NCBI GenBank assembly: GCA_046348465.1 | Contig: JAXMEE010000012.1 | Coordinates: forward strand, 128,702 to 192,701 | DNA from: Burkholderiaceae bacterium | Lineage (GTDB): Bacteria > Pseudomonadota > Gammaproteobacteria > Burkholderiales > Burkholderiaceae_E | Reading direction: 5' to 3' | Length of the DNA stretch: 64,000 bases | Shown here: positions 53,409 to 61,611 of the stretch, piece by piece | Layout: each line of letters begins with the position of its first letter | Numbering within the stretch: the stretch's first letter is position 1 | The notes under the pieces: model-generated | Told to the model about the DNA's origin: nothing | What the model saw: the letters and a program-made list of their open reading frames with translations, nothing else | The model's database searches: none | Position numbers and translations under genes: made by a program

Positions 53409-54224
53409 TTGACCGACCCTCACGCGCCGCCGGATCCGCCCGCGGCCTTCGTCGCCGTCGATGCGCGCGTCGTGCGCCCGACCGCGCTCACGCGCGGCCC
53501 CTGGCACCCGGACCACCAGCACGCGGGCCCGCCGATCGCGCTGGTGTGCCGCGCGCTCGAGCAGGCTGCGCGCGAACACGGGCTCACGCACCTGGCGCGC
53601 GTCACCGCCAACCTGCTGCGGCCGGTGCCGATCGCCGACCTCATCGTCGAGGTGATGACCGACTACGTCGGGCGCAACGCGGCGCACTTCTCGGCGCACC
53701 TGATGGCCGGGAACAAGGACGTCGCGCGCTTCACCGCGCTCGCGCAGCGCCAGGCGCACGTCGAACTTCCGCCGAACCTCCAGGGGCATCCGCTGCCGAC
53801 GGCGCCCGCCCCGCCCGAGGATTCGCCGCCGTGCCGGTTCCCGTTCGCCGGCCGGCGCCTCGGCTACGCGGACCTGGTCGAGACGCGGCTCGCGCGCGGC
53901 CGGTTCTGGGACGGCCCGTGCGCCGTGTGGTTCCGCCTGCGCCACCCGCTCGTGCAGGGCGAGGTCCCGAGCCCGGCGCAGCGCGTCGCGGTGGCCGCCG
54001 ATTCCGGCAACGGCATCAGCGCGATCCTCGACTACGAGCGCTTCGGCTTCGTGAACTCGGACCTCACGATCAACCTGCTGCGCCCGCCTCGGGGCGAGTG
54101 GGTCTGCGTGGACGCGCGCACCTTCCTGGGGGGCGAGGGCGGGGGGCTGGCGGAGTCGTCGCTCTACGACGTCTTCGGGCTGATCGGGCGCGCGACGCAG
54201 AGCCTGGCGGTGCGGGCGCGCTGA
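53409..54224 (+). CDS. TesB-like double hot-dog acyl-CoA thioesterase family protein
   Basis: TTG start; GPW...QHAGP, LLRPVP, AADSGNG, NSDLTI.L.R.P.GEW. Confidence 0.85.
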   Translation: MTDPHAPPDPPAAFVAVDARVVRPTALTRGPWHPDHQHAGPPIALVCRALEQAAREHGLTHLARVTANLLRPVPIADLIVEVMTDYVGRNAAHFSAHLMAGNKDVARFTALAQRQAHVELPPNLQGHPLPTAPAPPEDSPPCRFPFAGRRLGYADLVETRLARGRFWDGPCAVWFRLRHPLVQGEVPSPAQRVAVAADSGNGISAILDYERFGFVNSDLTINLLRPPRGEWVCVDARTFLGGEGGGLAESSLYDVFGLIGRATQSLAVRAR

Positions 54225-54229
54225 CGCGG

Positions 54230-54775
54230 TCAGCCGGCGGCGCCCCGGCCGGGCGCCGCGCCGGCGTCCGGCGACACCCAGCCGCCGTCGCCCAGCCCCT
54301 CGAGCCGGCGCAGCGCGACGTGCTCGCGCACGACTTCGCTCACGCGGAACTGCCCCGCGTAGCGGTCGAGCAGCTTGCGAACGCGCGGCGTCGCGTAGCC
54401 GAGCTGGACGAACGCGCCGCCGCGATCGAAGGTCTCCGCGTAGTGCTCGATCAGCCCGTTGGAGAGCCGGAAGCGCGACGTGCCCTCGAACACGACCAGG
54501 GCGCCGGCGCTCTCGGGCTCGCGCGACAGGTAGCTGAAGCAGTAGCGCGCGTAGCCTAGGGTGTCGCTCGCGAGCGGCTCGACGAACTGCCAGCGGAAGC
54601 GCTCGCCGCCGACGTGGAAGCGCTCGAGCATGTGCGCGATCGCGTCGCGGCCGCGGTGCTCGCCGAAGAAGTAATCGTCGTACGCGCCGTCGGGCGTGAA
54701 CAGCGACGCGAATCCGGCCGCGTCGCACGCGGCGACGGCGGCGCTGAAGCGATCCAGAAGGGACTCGAAGCTCAT
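54230..54775 (-). CDS. SnoaL-like/NTF2 family protein
   Basis: AGGAG RBS; FASLFTPDGAYDD..G...GRDAI; G.I..Y.ETFD. Confidence 0.8.
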   Translation of the reverse strand: MSFESLLDRFSAAVAACDAAGFASLFTPDGAYDDYFFGEHRGRDAIAHMLERFHVGGERFRWQFVEPLASDTLGYARYCFSYLSREPESAGALVVFEGTSRFRLSNGLIEHYAETFDRGGAFVQLGYATPRVRKLLDRYAGQFRVSEVVREHVALRRLEGLGDGGWVSPDAGAAPGRGAAG

Positions 54776-54825
54776 CGTGCTTGCTCCTGTCGAAGGGGCG
54801 GCCGGCGCCCGTGCGCACGGCTTTT

Positions 54826-55404
54826 TCAGGGCGACTCGATCCGTTCGAACATCGTGCGGCGCGTATTGCGGAAGGCGGGCCGCACGCGCGAACTCCAGTC
54901 GGTGGCGCGCACCGCGAGCCACGGCGGGCTGCCGAAGGTCTCGCGCGACGCGAGGTCGTAGCACGCGTGATAGCGCGGACCGTCGTCGAGATTCAGATAG
55001 CGCGCGGCGCGCACGGTGCCGGGCACGGCCGCCAGACCCGGCAGGTGCTCGGTGTCGTACCACGCGTTGAAGTCCGCGTCGGCCTCGGGCAGCACGTCGG
55101 TCTCGACCACGTAGTGCCAGGGCGCGCGAGTGCCGGCCGCGGCGCCCGCGAGCACCGTCAGGGGTCGCAGCCGCAGCGCGCGCGCGCCGGCGCCGAGCGC
55201 GGCGCCGAGCGACGCGCGCAGCGTGGCGGCGTGCGCGTCGTCGACCGCGTCGAGGTACGCATACGCGAGCGGCTCGTCGAGCGCGCGGTACGTGCGCACG
55301 CCGGCGGCGGCGATTCCGGCCCGCGCCAGCGCCAGGCGCAGGCGCGCCGTCGCGCCGTCGTCGGCCCACGCGAACTTCAGGACCAGCGGGTGTGCGAGCG
55401 ACAC
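54826..55404 (-). CDS. DUF4286/EthD-like dimeric alpha+beta barrel protein
   Basis: GTG start 2 bp after bug stop; FNAWYDTEHLPGLAAVPG..RAARY, RYHACYDL. Confidence 0.75.
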   Translation of the reverse strand: MSLAHPLVLKFAWADDGATARLRLALARAGIAAAGVRTYRALDEPLAYAYLDAVDDAHAATLRASLGAALGAGARALRLRPLTVLAGAAAGTRAPWHYVVETDVLPEADADFNAWYDTEHLPGLAAVPGTVRAARYLNLDDGPRYHACYDLASRETFGSPPWLAVRATDWSSRVRPAFRNTRRTMFERIESP

Positions 55405-55406
55405 GC

Positions 55407-56396
55407 TCAGGGCCCCTTGATCCGCTTGGCGCGCACGATGCGCGCCCACTTCTCGGTGTCGCGCGCCAGCAGCGCGGCGAGTTCCTGCGGCGTCGAAGGG
55501 GCCGGCTCCGCCCCGCTCGACATCAGGCGTTCGTGCACCGCCGGATTCGCGAGCGCCCGGCGCAGCGCCCTGTTCAGCGCGTCGACGGTCTCGGGCGGTG
55601 TTCGCGCGGGCGCGAACAGCGCGTACCAGTTGTTCGAGTCGACGCCGGGGATGCCCTGCTCGGCGAGCGTCTTCACGTCCGGCAGCACCGGGTGGCGCCG
55701 CTCGGCCGCGATGCCCACGGCCTTGAGCCGGCCGGCGCGCACGTGCGCGATCAGCCCCGGGATGTCGCCGAAGAAGCCGCTCACCTGTCCGCCCATGAGA
55801 TCCGTGATCGCGGGTGCGGCGCCCTTGTACGGGACGTGGAGCAGGTTCGCGCGCGTGGCGTCGGCGAGCTGCTCCATCGCCAGGTGCGGGATGCTGCCGA
55901 TGCCGGTGGACGCGATCGTCGTCGGTTCGGCGCGCCGGCGCGCGGCCGCGATGAAGTCCGCCGCGTTGTCGGCCGGATCCCTCGGGTTCACCACGAGCAG
56001 CTCGACGTTGTTCACGACCAGCGACACCGGGACGAAGTCGCGCGCGACGTCGTACGCCAGCTTCTCGTAGAGCGAAGGGTTGATCGCCGCCGCGCCCACG
56101 CTGGTGAACCACAGCGTCGTGCCGTCGGGCGGCGAGTGCGCGACGTACTCCGCGCTGATGCCGCCGTTGGCGCCGGCCTTGTTCTCGACGATCACGCGCT
56201 GGTCGAGCTCGCGGCCGAGCTGCTCGGCGACGACGCGCGCGACGATGTCGACCGGCCCGCCCGGCGGGAACGCGACGACGAGGCGCGTGACCTTCGCGGG
56301 CTGAGCGAGTGCGGACGTCGCCGCCGCGACGGTCGCGAGCGTCGACAGGGCTGCGGTCGCGAACGTTCGCCGCGTGAGGGTCCCGCTTGCGGGCAT
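55407..56396 (-). CDS. Bug/TctC family substrate-binding protein
   Basis: GGAGG RBS; RLVVAFPPGGPVD, VENKAGANG, HVPYKGAAPA. Confidence 0.92.
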   Translation of the reverse strand: MPASGTLTRRTFATAALSTLATVAAATSALAQPAKVTRLVVAFPPGGPVDIVARVVAEQLGRELDQRVIVENKAGANGGISAEYVAHSPPDGTTLWFTSVGAAAINPSLYEKLAYDVARDFVPVSLVVNNVELLVVNPRDPADNAADFIAAARRRAEPTTIASTGIGSIPHLAMEQLADATRANLLHVPYKGAAPAITDLMGGQVSGFFGDIPGLIAHVRAGRLKAVGIAAERRHPVLPDVKTLAEQGIPGVDSNNWYALFAPARTPPETVDALNRALRRALANPAVHERLMSSGAEPAPSTPQELAALLARDTEKWARIVRAKRIKGP

Positions 56397-56457
56397 CGAT
56401 GTCCTCCAGGTGATCCCGGCCGCCGCGAGCACGCAGCCGCGCGGCTTCGCGCGCAGC

Positions 56458-58419
56458 TTACACGCGCGCGGAGCGCGCCGCCGGATCGCGCACTCGCGCG
56501 ACGCGTGTTGCAGGGGCCCAGCGTTCCAGCGCGTCGGGCGGCGGGTCCTCGAGGACCTCGTCGGCGACCGCGGCGATCACGGCGGCGAGCGCGTCTGCGT
56601 CGGCCCGCGCGAGCGCTGCGTCGCCGGTCGCGACGAGCGCCAGCGCGCAGCGTTCGAACGGCAGGCCTTCGTCGAGCACGTCGTGCGGCGACAGCGCGAC
56701 GACCGCGGCGTCGACGCATCGGTCGTCGAGCAGGACGCGCGCGGCGCCGGCGGCGGAGCTCGCAGGGGGGCTCGCGCGCAGGCCGCCGATGCGCAGGCCG
56801 TCGGCCGACGCGACGCCGACCCGGCCGCCGAGTGCGGCGAGCCGTTCGTGTGCCGCCCGAGCCCACGCGGCGCGTGTCGGCGCGTCCGGCGCGACGACCA
56901 GCACGACGGGGATCCGCCCGTCGGCGGGCGGCGGGAAGAAGCTCGCGAGGACGCGTTCGCCGCCGTCCACGCCCGACCACACGTGCGGTGCCGAGTTGAC
57001 CTCGCAGATCGCGCCGCCGGTGTGCGCCCACGGCCGGCTCGGGTCCGTCGTGAGGAAGTCGACACCGGCCAGCCCGAGCCCCAGCGTCGCCGCGGCCCGC
57101 TCGGCCATCAGCGCGTTCTCCGGGTGCAGGTCGTCGATGTGCGTGTACTCGCCGCCCGTCGCGAGGTTGGAGTTCGTCCTCAGCGCCACGCGGCGGCCTT
57201 CGGCGGGCACGTCGCCGTCCGACAGGCCCTGGCGCGCGAGCAGGCGCCGCGATTCGTCGTCGAGCACGATCGGGTCCGAGCGAAGCTGCGGGTCGGCCCG
57301 CCGGCGCGCGTTGGCCGCACGCACGAGCGTCGCGATGTCGTCGCGCCCGTTGCCGGTCACCCCGGCCGGGTCGCGGCGAGTCGCTCGCCACAGGCGCCCG
57401 CCGACCACGGTCAGGCGGTACTCCTCGCCGGGGACGTGGCGCTCGACGAGCACGCCGCCGTGCGCCGCCGCCCGCGCGTACGCGCTCTCGAGCGTGGCGT
57501 CGTCGCGCACGTCGGCGGTGACGGCGGTGCCGCGGTCGGTGGCGGCCGGCTTGACGACGACCGGGTAGCCGATCGCGGCCGCGGCGCGGCGCGCGCCGTC
57601 GAGGTCGGCGACCCGGTGCTGCTCGGGCACCGGCAGTCCCGCCGCGCGCAGCAGCGCGTGCGCGACGTCCTTGCGCTTGGCGAGCGTCGCCGCCATCACC
57701 GTCGTGTCGGGCGATTGTCCGCCCCAGGTCCAGCGCTGGCGCGCGCCCTCGCCCAGGCGAACGATCGGCGTGGTCGCGTGCGCGCGCCTTGCCGGGATCG
57801 CGCGGCGGCGCGCCGCGACGACCAGCTCGAGGCAGATCGGGTCCAACGTGCCGCCCGCCGACCACTGCGCGAGGGCGTCGAGCAGCGCCGCCGCCCGCTG
57901 CGCGCGCGGCGGCCCGTGCACAGGTTGCGCGAGCAGTTCCACGAGATCGAGCGCGGTGCGCCCCGCCCGCTGTCCGAGGGCGTCGTCGAGATAGCCGAAG
58001 ACGCAGACGCCGGGGGCGGGCGGCGTCGGCGCGGGTGCGCGCAGCGGGTCGACGGCGAGCTCGTGGAGTGCGCGCTGCAGCACGACCGCGACGCGCGCGG
58101 TGGCGGCGGACGGGTCGAAGACGGGGCCGGACGCGTCGGGCGCGATCCCGGCGGCCGCCTCGCCCGGGATGACTCCGGCGGCCTTCTCGCCCGCGACGAA
58201 CCCGGCGGCTGTCGCGCCCGCGACGATCCCGGCGCCGGCCGCGCGCGCGAGGATCCGGTGCCCGGCGACGAGCGCTCGCAGTTGCGCCCACGCGTCCGCG
58301 GGGAAGCGCTGCGCGGACGGCCACGCGACGCGCATCTCGATCGCCGGCTCCGGCGACCAGCGGCTGGCCGAGCGGTGCACGACGATGCGCTCGATGCGGG
58401 CGTGCGCGGGTTCGCTCAT
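56458..58419 (-). CDS. cyanophycin synthetase-like ATP-grasp ligase with degenerate Mur-like domain
   Basis: VRLGEG..QR, K..AHALL..AGLPVP, GYPVVVKP, VERHVPG.EYRL.VVGG, VTGNG, SNLATGG, HPEN, AGVDF, EVNSAP, FP..DGRIPV; alternative ATG at 58443. Confidence 0.8.
   Translation of the reverse strand: MSEPAHARIERIVVHRSASRWSPEPAIEMRVAWPSAQRFPADAWAQLRALVAGHRILARAAGAGIVAGATAAGFVAGEKAAGVIPGEAAAGIAPDASGPVFDPSAATARVAVVLQRALHELAVDPLRAPAPTPPAPGVCVFGYLDDALGQRAGRTALDLVELLAQPVHGPPRAQRAAALLDALAQWSAGGTLDPICLELVVAARRRAIPARRAHATTPIVRLGEGARQRWTWGGQSPDTTVMAATLAKRKDVAHALLRAAGLPVPEQHRVADLDGARRAAAAIGYPVVVKPAATDRGTAVTADVRDDATLESAYARAAAHGGVLVERHVPGEEYRLTVVGGRLWRATRRDPAGVTGNGRDDIATLVRAANARRRADPQLRSDPIVLDDESRRLLARQGLSDGDVPAEGRRVALRTNSNLATGGEYTHIDDLHPENALMAERAAATLGLGLAGVDFLTTDPSRPWAHTGGAICEVNSAPHVWSGVDGGERVLASFFPPPADGRIPVVLVVAPDAPTRAAWARAAHERLAALGGRVGVASADGLRIGGLRASPPASSAAGAARVLLDDRCVDAAVVALSPHDVLDEGLPFERCALALVATGDAALARADADALAAVIAAVADEVLEDPPPDALERWAPATRVARVRDPAARSARV
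58129..58236 (-). repeat. four 27-bp degenerate coding repeats in the CphA-like N-domain
   Basis: ga(t/c/a)(c/t)ccggcg cores at 58144, 58171, 58198, 58225 (GAGIVAGAT/AAGFVAGEK/AAGVIPGEA/AAGIAPDAS). Confidence 0.65.
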
Positions 58420-58612
58420 CGTCGTTCCGGGGGGGCGGTCCATCGGGTTCGGGGCGACGCGATTCTCGCACGGCCGGCGGTTACCGGACCGCCTGCGCGC
58501 GGGCGTTGACGACCGGACGCGGACGAGTGTGCGATGCTCGCGGCTCCCGCACCCGCGAAGCCCGGGAGGCCCGCATGAGACATCCCGCACCTGCCCGCGC
58601 GAGGAGCGCCCG

Positions 58613-60724
58613 ATGAGCGCCGAGCGCGACGTCTACACCGGGCGCGAGCTCGCGCGAACGCTCGCACCGCGCTCGGTCGCGGTCGTCGGCGCCTCCGAGA
58701 AGGAGGGCAACTTCGGCCGGCGCACGCTCGACAATCTCAAGGACTTCGCCGGCAGCGTGGTCGCGGTGAACCCGAACTACGAAACGCTCGGAGGGCGGCG
58801 CTGCGTCGGCTCGCTGGCCGAACTGCGCGAGCCGCCGGACTGCGTCGTGATCGCGGTGCCGGCCGAGCGCGTCGAGCCGGTCGTCGAGCAGGCCGCCGCG
58901 ATCGGCGCGGGCGGCGTCATCATCTACGCGTCCGGCTACGCCGAGACCGGCCGCGACGACATGCGCCGCGCGCAGGAGCGCCTGGCCGCGATCGGGCGCG
59001 CCGCCGACATGCGCGTGATCGGGCCCAATTGCCTGGGGATCATCAATCACGGCATCCGCTGCGGCATGACGTTCATGCCGAACTACCCCGAGGTGCAGGC
59101 GCTGCCCGGGCGCGTCGCGCTGGTCTCGCAGTCGGGCGCGATGGGCTACGTGGTCGTGCAGGCGCCGATGCGCGGCATGGGCTTCACGTACTACCTCGCG
59201 TCGGGCAATTCCTGCGACGTCGACGTCTGCGACTTCGCGTCGTACCTGGTCGACGACCCGCACACGAAGGCGATCGGGCTGCTGTTCGAGGGCCTGCGCG
59301 ACGGCCACCGGCTGGTGCAGGCCGGCGAGCGCGCGCGCGCCGCCGGCAAGACGATCGTGATCTACAAGATGACCGCGGGCGAGGCGAGCCGCCGCGCGGC
59401 GATGTCGCACACCGGCTCGCTCGCCGGCAGCGACGCCGCCTACCGCGCCGCGTTCGAGAAGACCGGCATGGTCGTCGTCGACGACATGGAGGCGGTGCTC
59501 GAGGCCGCGGCGTTCTTCTCGAAGGCGCCGGCGCCCTCGGGCAAGGGGCCGGCGATCCTGGTCGGCTCCGGCGGCGCCGGCGTGATCGCCGCGGCCAAGG
59601 CCGAGGCCGCGGGGCTGCTGCTGCCGCAGCCCGACGAGACCACGCGCGCGCTGCTCGCCGCCGAGGTGCCCGACTTCGGCTCGACCGCGAACCCCTGCGA
59701 CGTGACCGCGCAGGTGCTCAACAAGTTCGACTCGTTCGCGCGCTGCATGTCGGCGTTCCTCGACCGGCCCGAGTACGACGCGATGGTGATCCCGGTCGCG
59801 TACTCGCACCCGGAGCTGACGATCCGCCGCTACGACCAGGTGCGCACGTACGCGGCGAAGTACCCGGACAAGATCGTGTGCGCGATCTGGTTCGCCGAGT
59901 GGCTCGAGGGCCCGGGCAGCCGCGAGTACGAGGGCGACCCGCACATGGCGCTGTTCCGATCCACCGCGCGCTGCATGAACGCGCTCGCGCAGTGGCACGC
60001 GCGCGCGGCCCGTGCCGCGTGGCCGGTGCCGCCGCGGCGCTCCGTTCGCTCCGAGCTCGCGCTCGTGCCGGGCACGATGACCGAGCGCGCGTCGAAGGCG
60101 GCGCTCGCCGCGTACGGCCTCCCGGTCACGCGCGAGACGCTCGCCGCGGACCTCGACGCCGCGCTCGCCGCGGCCGACGCGATCGGCTGGCCGGTGGCGC
60201 TCAAGATCGAGAGCCCCGACATCGCGCACAAGACCGAGGCCGGCGTCGTGCGACTGAACGTTCGCGACGCCGCCGAGCTGCGCGTCGCGTACGAGGAGAT
60301 CACCGCGGCCGCGGCACGCGTGAGCCCGCCGGCGCGCATCGCCGGCGTGCTGGTCGCCGAGATGGCGCGCCCGGGCCTGGAGGTCGTCGTCGGCGCGCGC
60401 CGAGACCCGCAATTCGGCCCGCTGGTCACGGTCGGCATGGGCGGCGTGCTGGTCGAGCTGCTGCGCGACGTGCAGGTCGCGCTCGCGCCGGTGACGCCCG
60501 CCGAGGCGCGGCAGATGATCGACCGGCTGAAGGCGCGCGCGCTCTTCGACGGTTTCCGCGGCTCGAAGCCGGCGAGCATCGACACCCTCGTCGACATCGT
60601 CGTGCGGCTGTCGGAGCTCGCGGCCGACCACGCCGACCGCATCGCCGAGATCGACGTCAATCCGATCCTGCTGCGCGAGGACGGCGGCGTCGCGGTCGAC
60701 GCGCTGCTGGTCGTCGACGCGTGA
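58613..60724 (+). CDS. acyl-CoA synthetase (NDP-forming), acetate--CoA ligase family
   Basis: GAGGAG RBS; PRSVAVVGAS, GPNCLG, SQSG, SHTGSLAG (phospho-His), NPCD, C-terminal ATP-grasp (HKTEAG, DPQFGP, EIDVNP). Confidence 0.92.
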   Translation: MSAERDVYTGRELARTLAPRSVAVVGASEKEGNFGRRTLDNLKDFAGSVVAVNPNYETLGGRRCVGSLAELREPPDCVVIAVPAERVEPVVEQAAAIGAGGVIIYASGYAETGRDDMRRAQERLAAIGRAADMRVIGPNCLGIINHGIRCGMTFMPNYPEVQALPGRVALVSQSGAMGYVVVQAPMRGMGFTYYLASGNSCDVDVCDFASYLVDDPHTKAIGLLFEGLRDGHRLVQAGERARAAGKTIVIYKMTAGEASRRAAMSHTGSLAGSDAAYRAAFEKTGMVVVDDMEAVLEAAAFFSKAPAPSGKGPAILVGSGGAGVIAAAKAEAAGLLLPQPDETTRALLAAEVPDFGSTANPCDVTAQVLNKFDSFARCMSAFLDRPEYDAMVIPVAYSHPELTIRRYDQVRTYAAKYPDKIVCAIWFAEWLEGPGSREYEGDPHMALFRSTARCMNALAQWHARAARAAWPVPPRRSVRSELALVPGTMTERASKAALAAYGLPVTRETLAADLDAALAAADAIGWPVALKIESPDIAHKTEAGVVRLNVRDAAELRVAYEEITAAAARVSPPARIAGVLVAEMARPGLEVVVGARRDPQFGPLVTVGMGGVLVELLRDVQVALAPVTPAEARQMIDRLKARALFDGFRGSKPASIDTLVDIVVRLSELAADHADRIAEIDVNPILLREDGGVAVDALLVVDA

Positions 60725-60749
60725 CGATCGTTTCAAGGGAGAACAAGGC

Positions 60750-61511
60750 ATGCCATTCCTCGATCGCGACGGCGTGAAGATCGCCTACGAAGTCCACGGG
60801 CAGGGGCCCGTGATCCTTCTCTCGCACGGCTACTCGAACACGCAGAAGATGTGGCGCGGGCAGATCGGCGCGCTCGCGCGCGGGCACACGCTCGTGACCT
60901 GGGACATGCGAGGGCACGGCGAGTCCGATTCGCCGTCGGACCCGTCCGCCTACAGCACCGAAGCGACGATGGGCGACATGGCGGCGCTGCTCGACGCGGT
61001 CGGCGCGAAGCAGGCGATCGTCGGCGGGCTCTCGCTGGGCGGGTACATGTCGCTGATGTTCAACGCGCTGCACCCGGAGCGCGTGCGCGCGCTGCTGATC
61101 ATCTCGACCGGGCCGGGGTTCCGCAAGGACGCGGCGCGCGAGGCGTGGAACGAGACCGCGCGCGGACGCGGCGAGCGCTTCGAGCGCGAGGGCGACGCCG
61201 CGCTCGCCGCGATGAACCCGGCCGCGACCGGCGGCACGCACCGCTCGGCCGCCGGCCTCGCGCACGCGGCGCGCGGCATGCTCACGCAGCGCGACGCCAC
61301 CGTGATGGAATCGCTGCCGGGCATCCGCGTGCCGTCGCTGGTGATCGTCGGCGACGGCGACACCGCGTTCCTGCAGTCGGCCGACGTGATGGCCGCGAAG
61401 ATTCCCGGCGCGCGCAAGGTGGTGCTCGCGGGCGCCGGGCACATGTCGAACCTCGACCAGCCGCAGGCGTTCGACGACGCGGTGCTCGCGTTCCTCGCGT
61501 CGCTGCGCTGA
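60750..61511 (+). CDS. alpha/beta fold hydrolase
   Basis: SHG oxyanion, DMRGHG, GLSLGG nucleophile, GDGD acid, AGH His. Confidence 0.92.
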   Translation: MPFLDRDGVKIAYEVHGQGPVILLSHGYSNTQKMWRGQIGALARGHTLVTWDMRGHGESDSPSDPSAYSTEATMGDMAALLDAVGAKQAIVGGLSLGGYMSLMFNALHPERVRALLIISTGPGFRKDAAREAWNETARGRGERFEREGDAALAAMNPAATGGTHRSAAGLAHAARGMLTQRDATVMESLPGIRVPSLVIVGDGDTAFLQSADVMAAKIPGARKVVLAGAGHMSNLDQPQAFDDAVLAFLASLR

Positions 61512-61550
61512 GCGCGGCGGCGCCCGGCGCGGCGCGCCCGCCGCGCCCGC

Positions 61551-61585
61551 GGCGGGCGGCGGGCGGCGGGCGGCGGGCGGCGGGG
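61551..61585 (+). repeat. (GGCGGGC)4 heptamer microsatellite, G-quadruplex-compatible
   Basis: Four perfect copies plus GGCGGGG between convergent genes. Confidence 0.75.
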
Positions 61586-61611
61586 CGGCGCCGGTGCGCG
61601 CGCGGTGCCCG

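Noticed and set aside
56458..58419. Calling this gene canonical cphA or gshAB
   Set aside because: Lacks the Mur P-loop and C-terminal lid of CphA1 and the glutamate-cysteine ligase domain of GshAB; no gene symbol assigned
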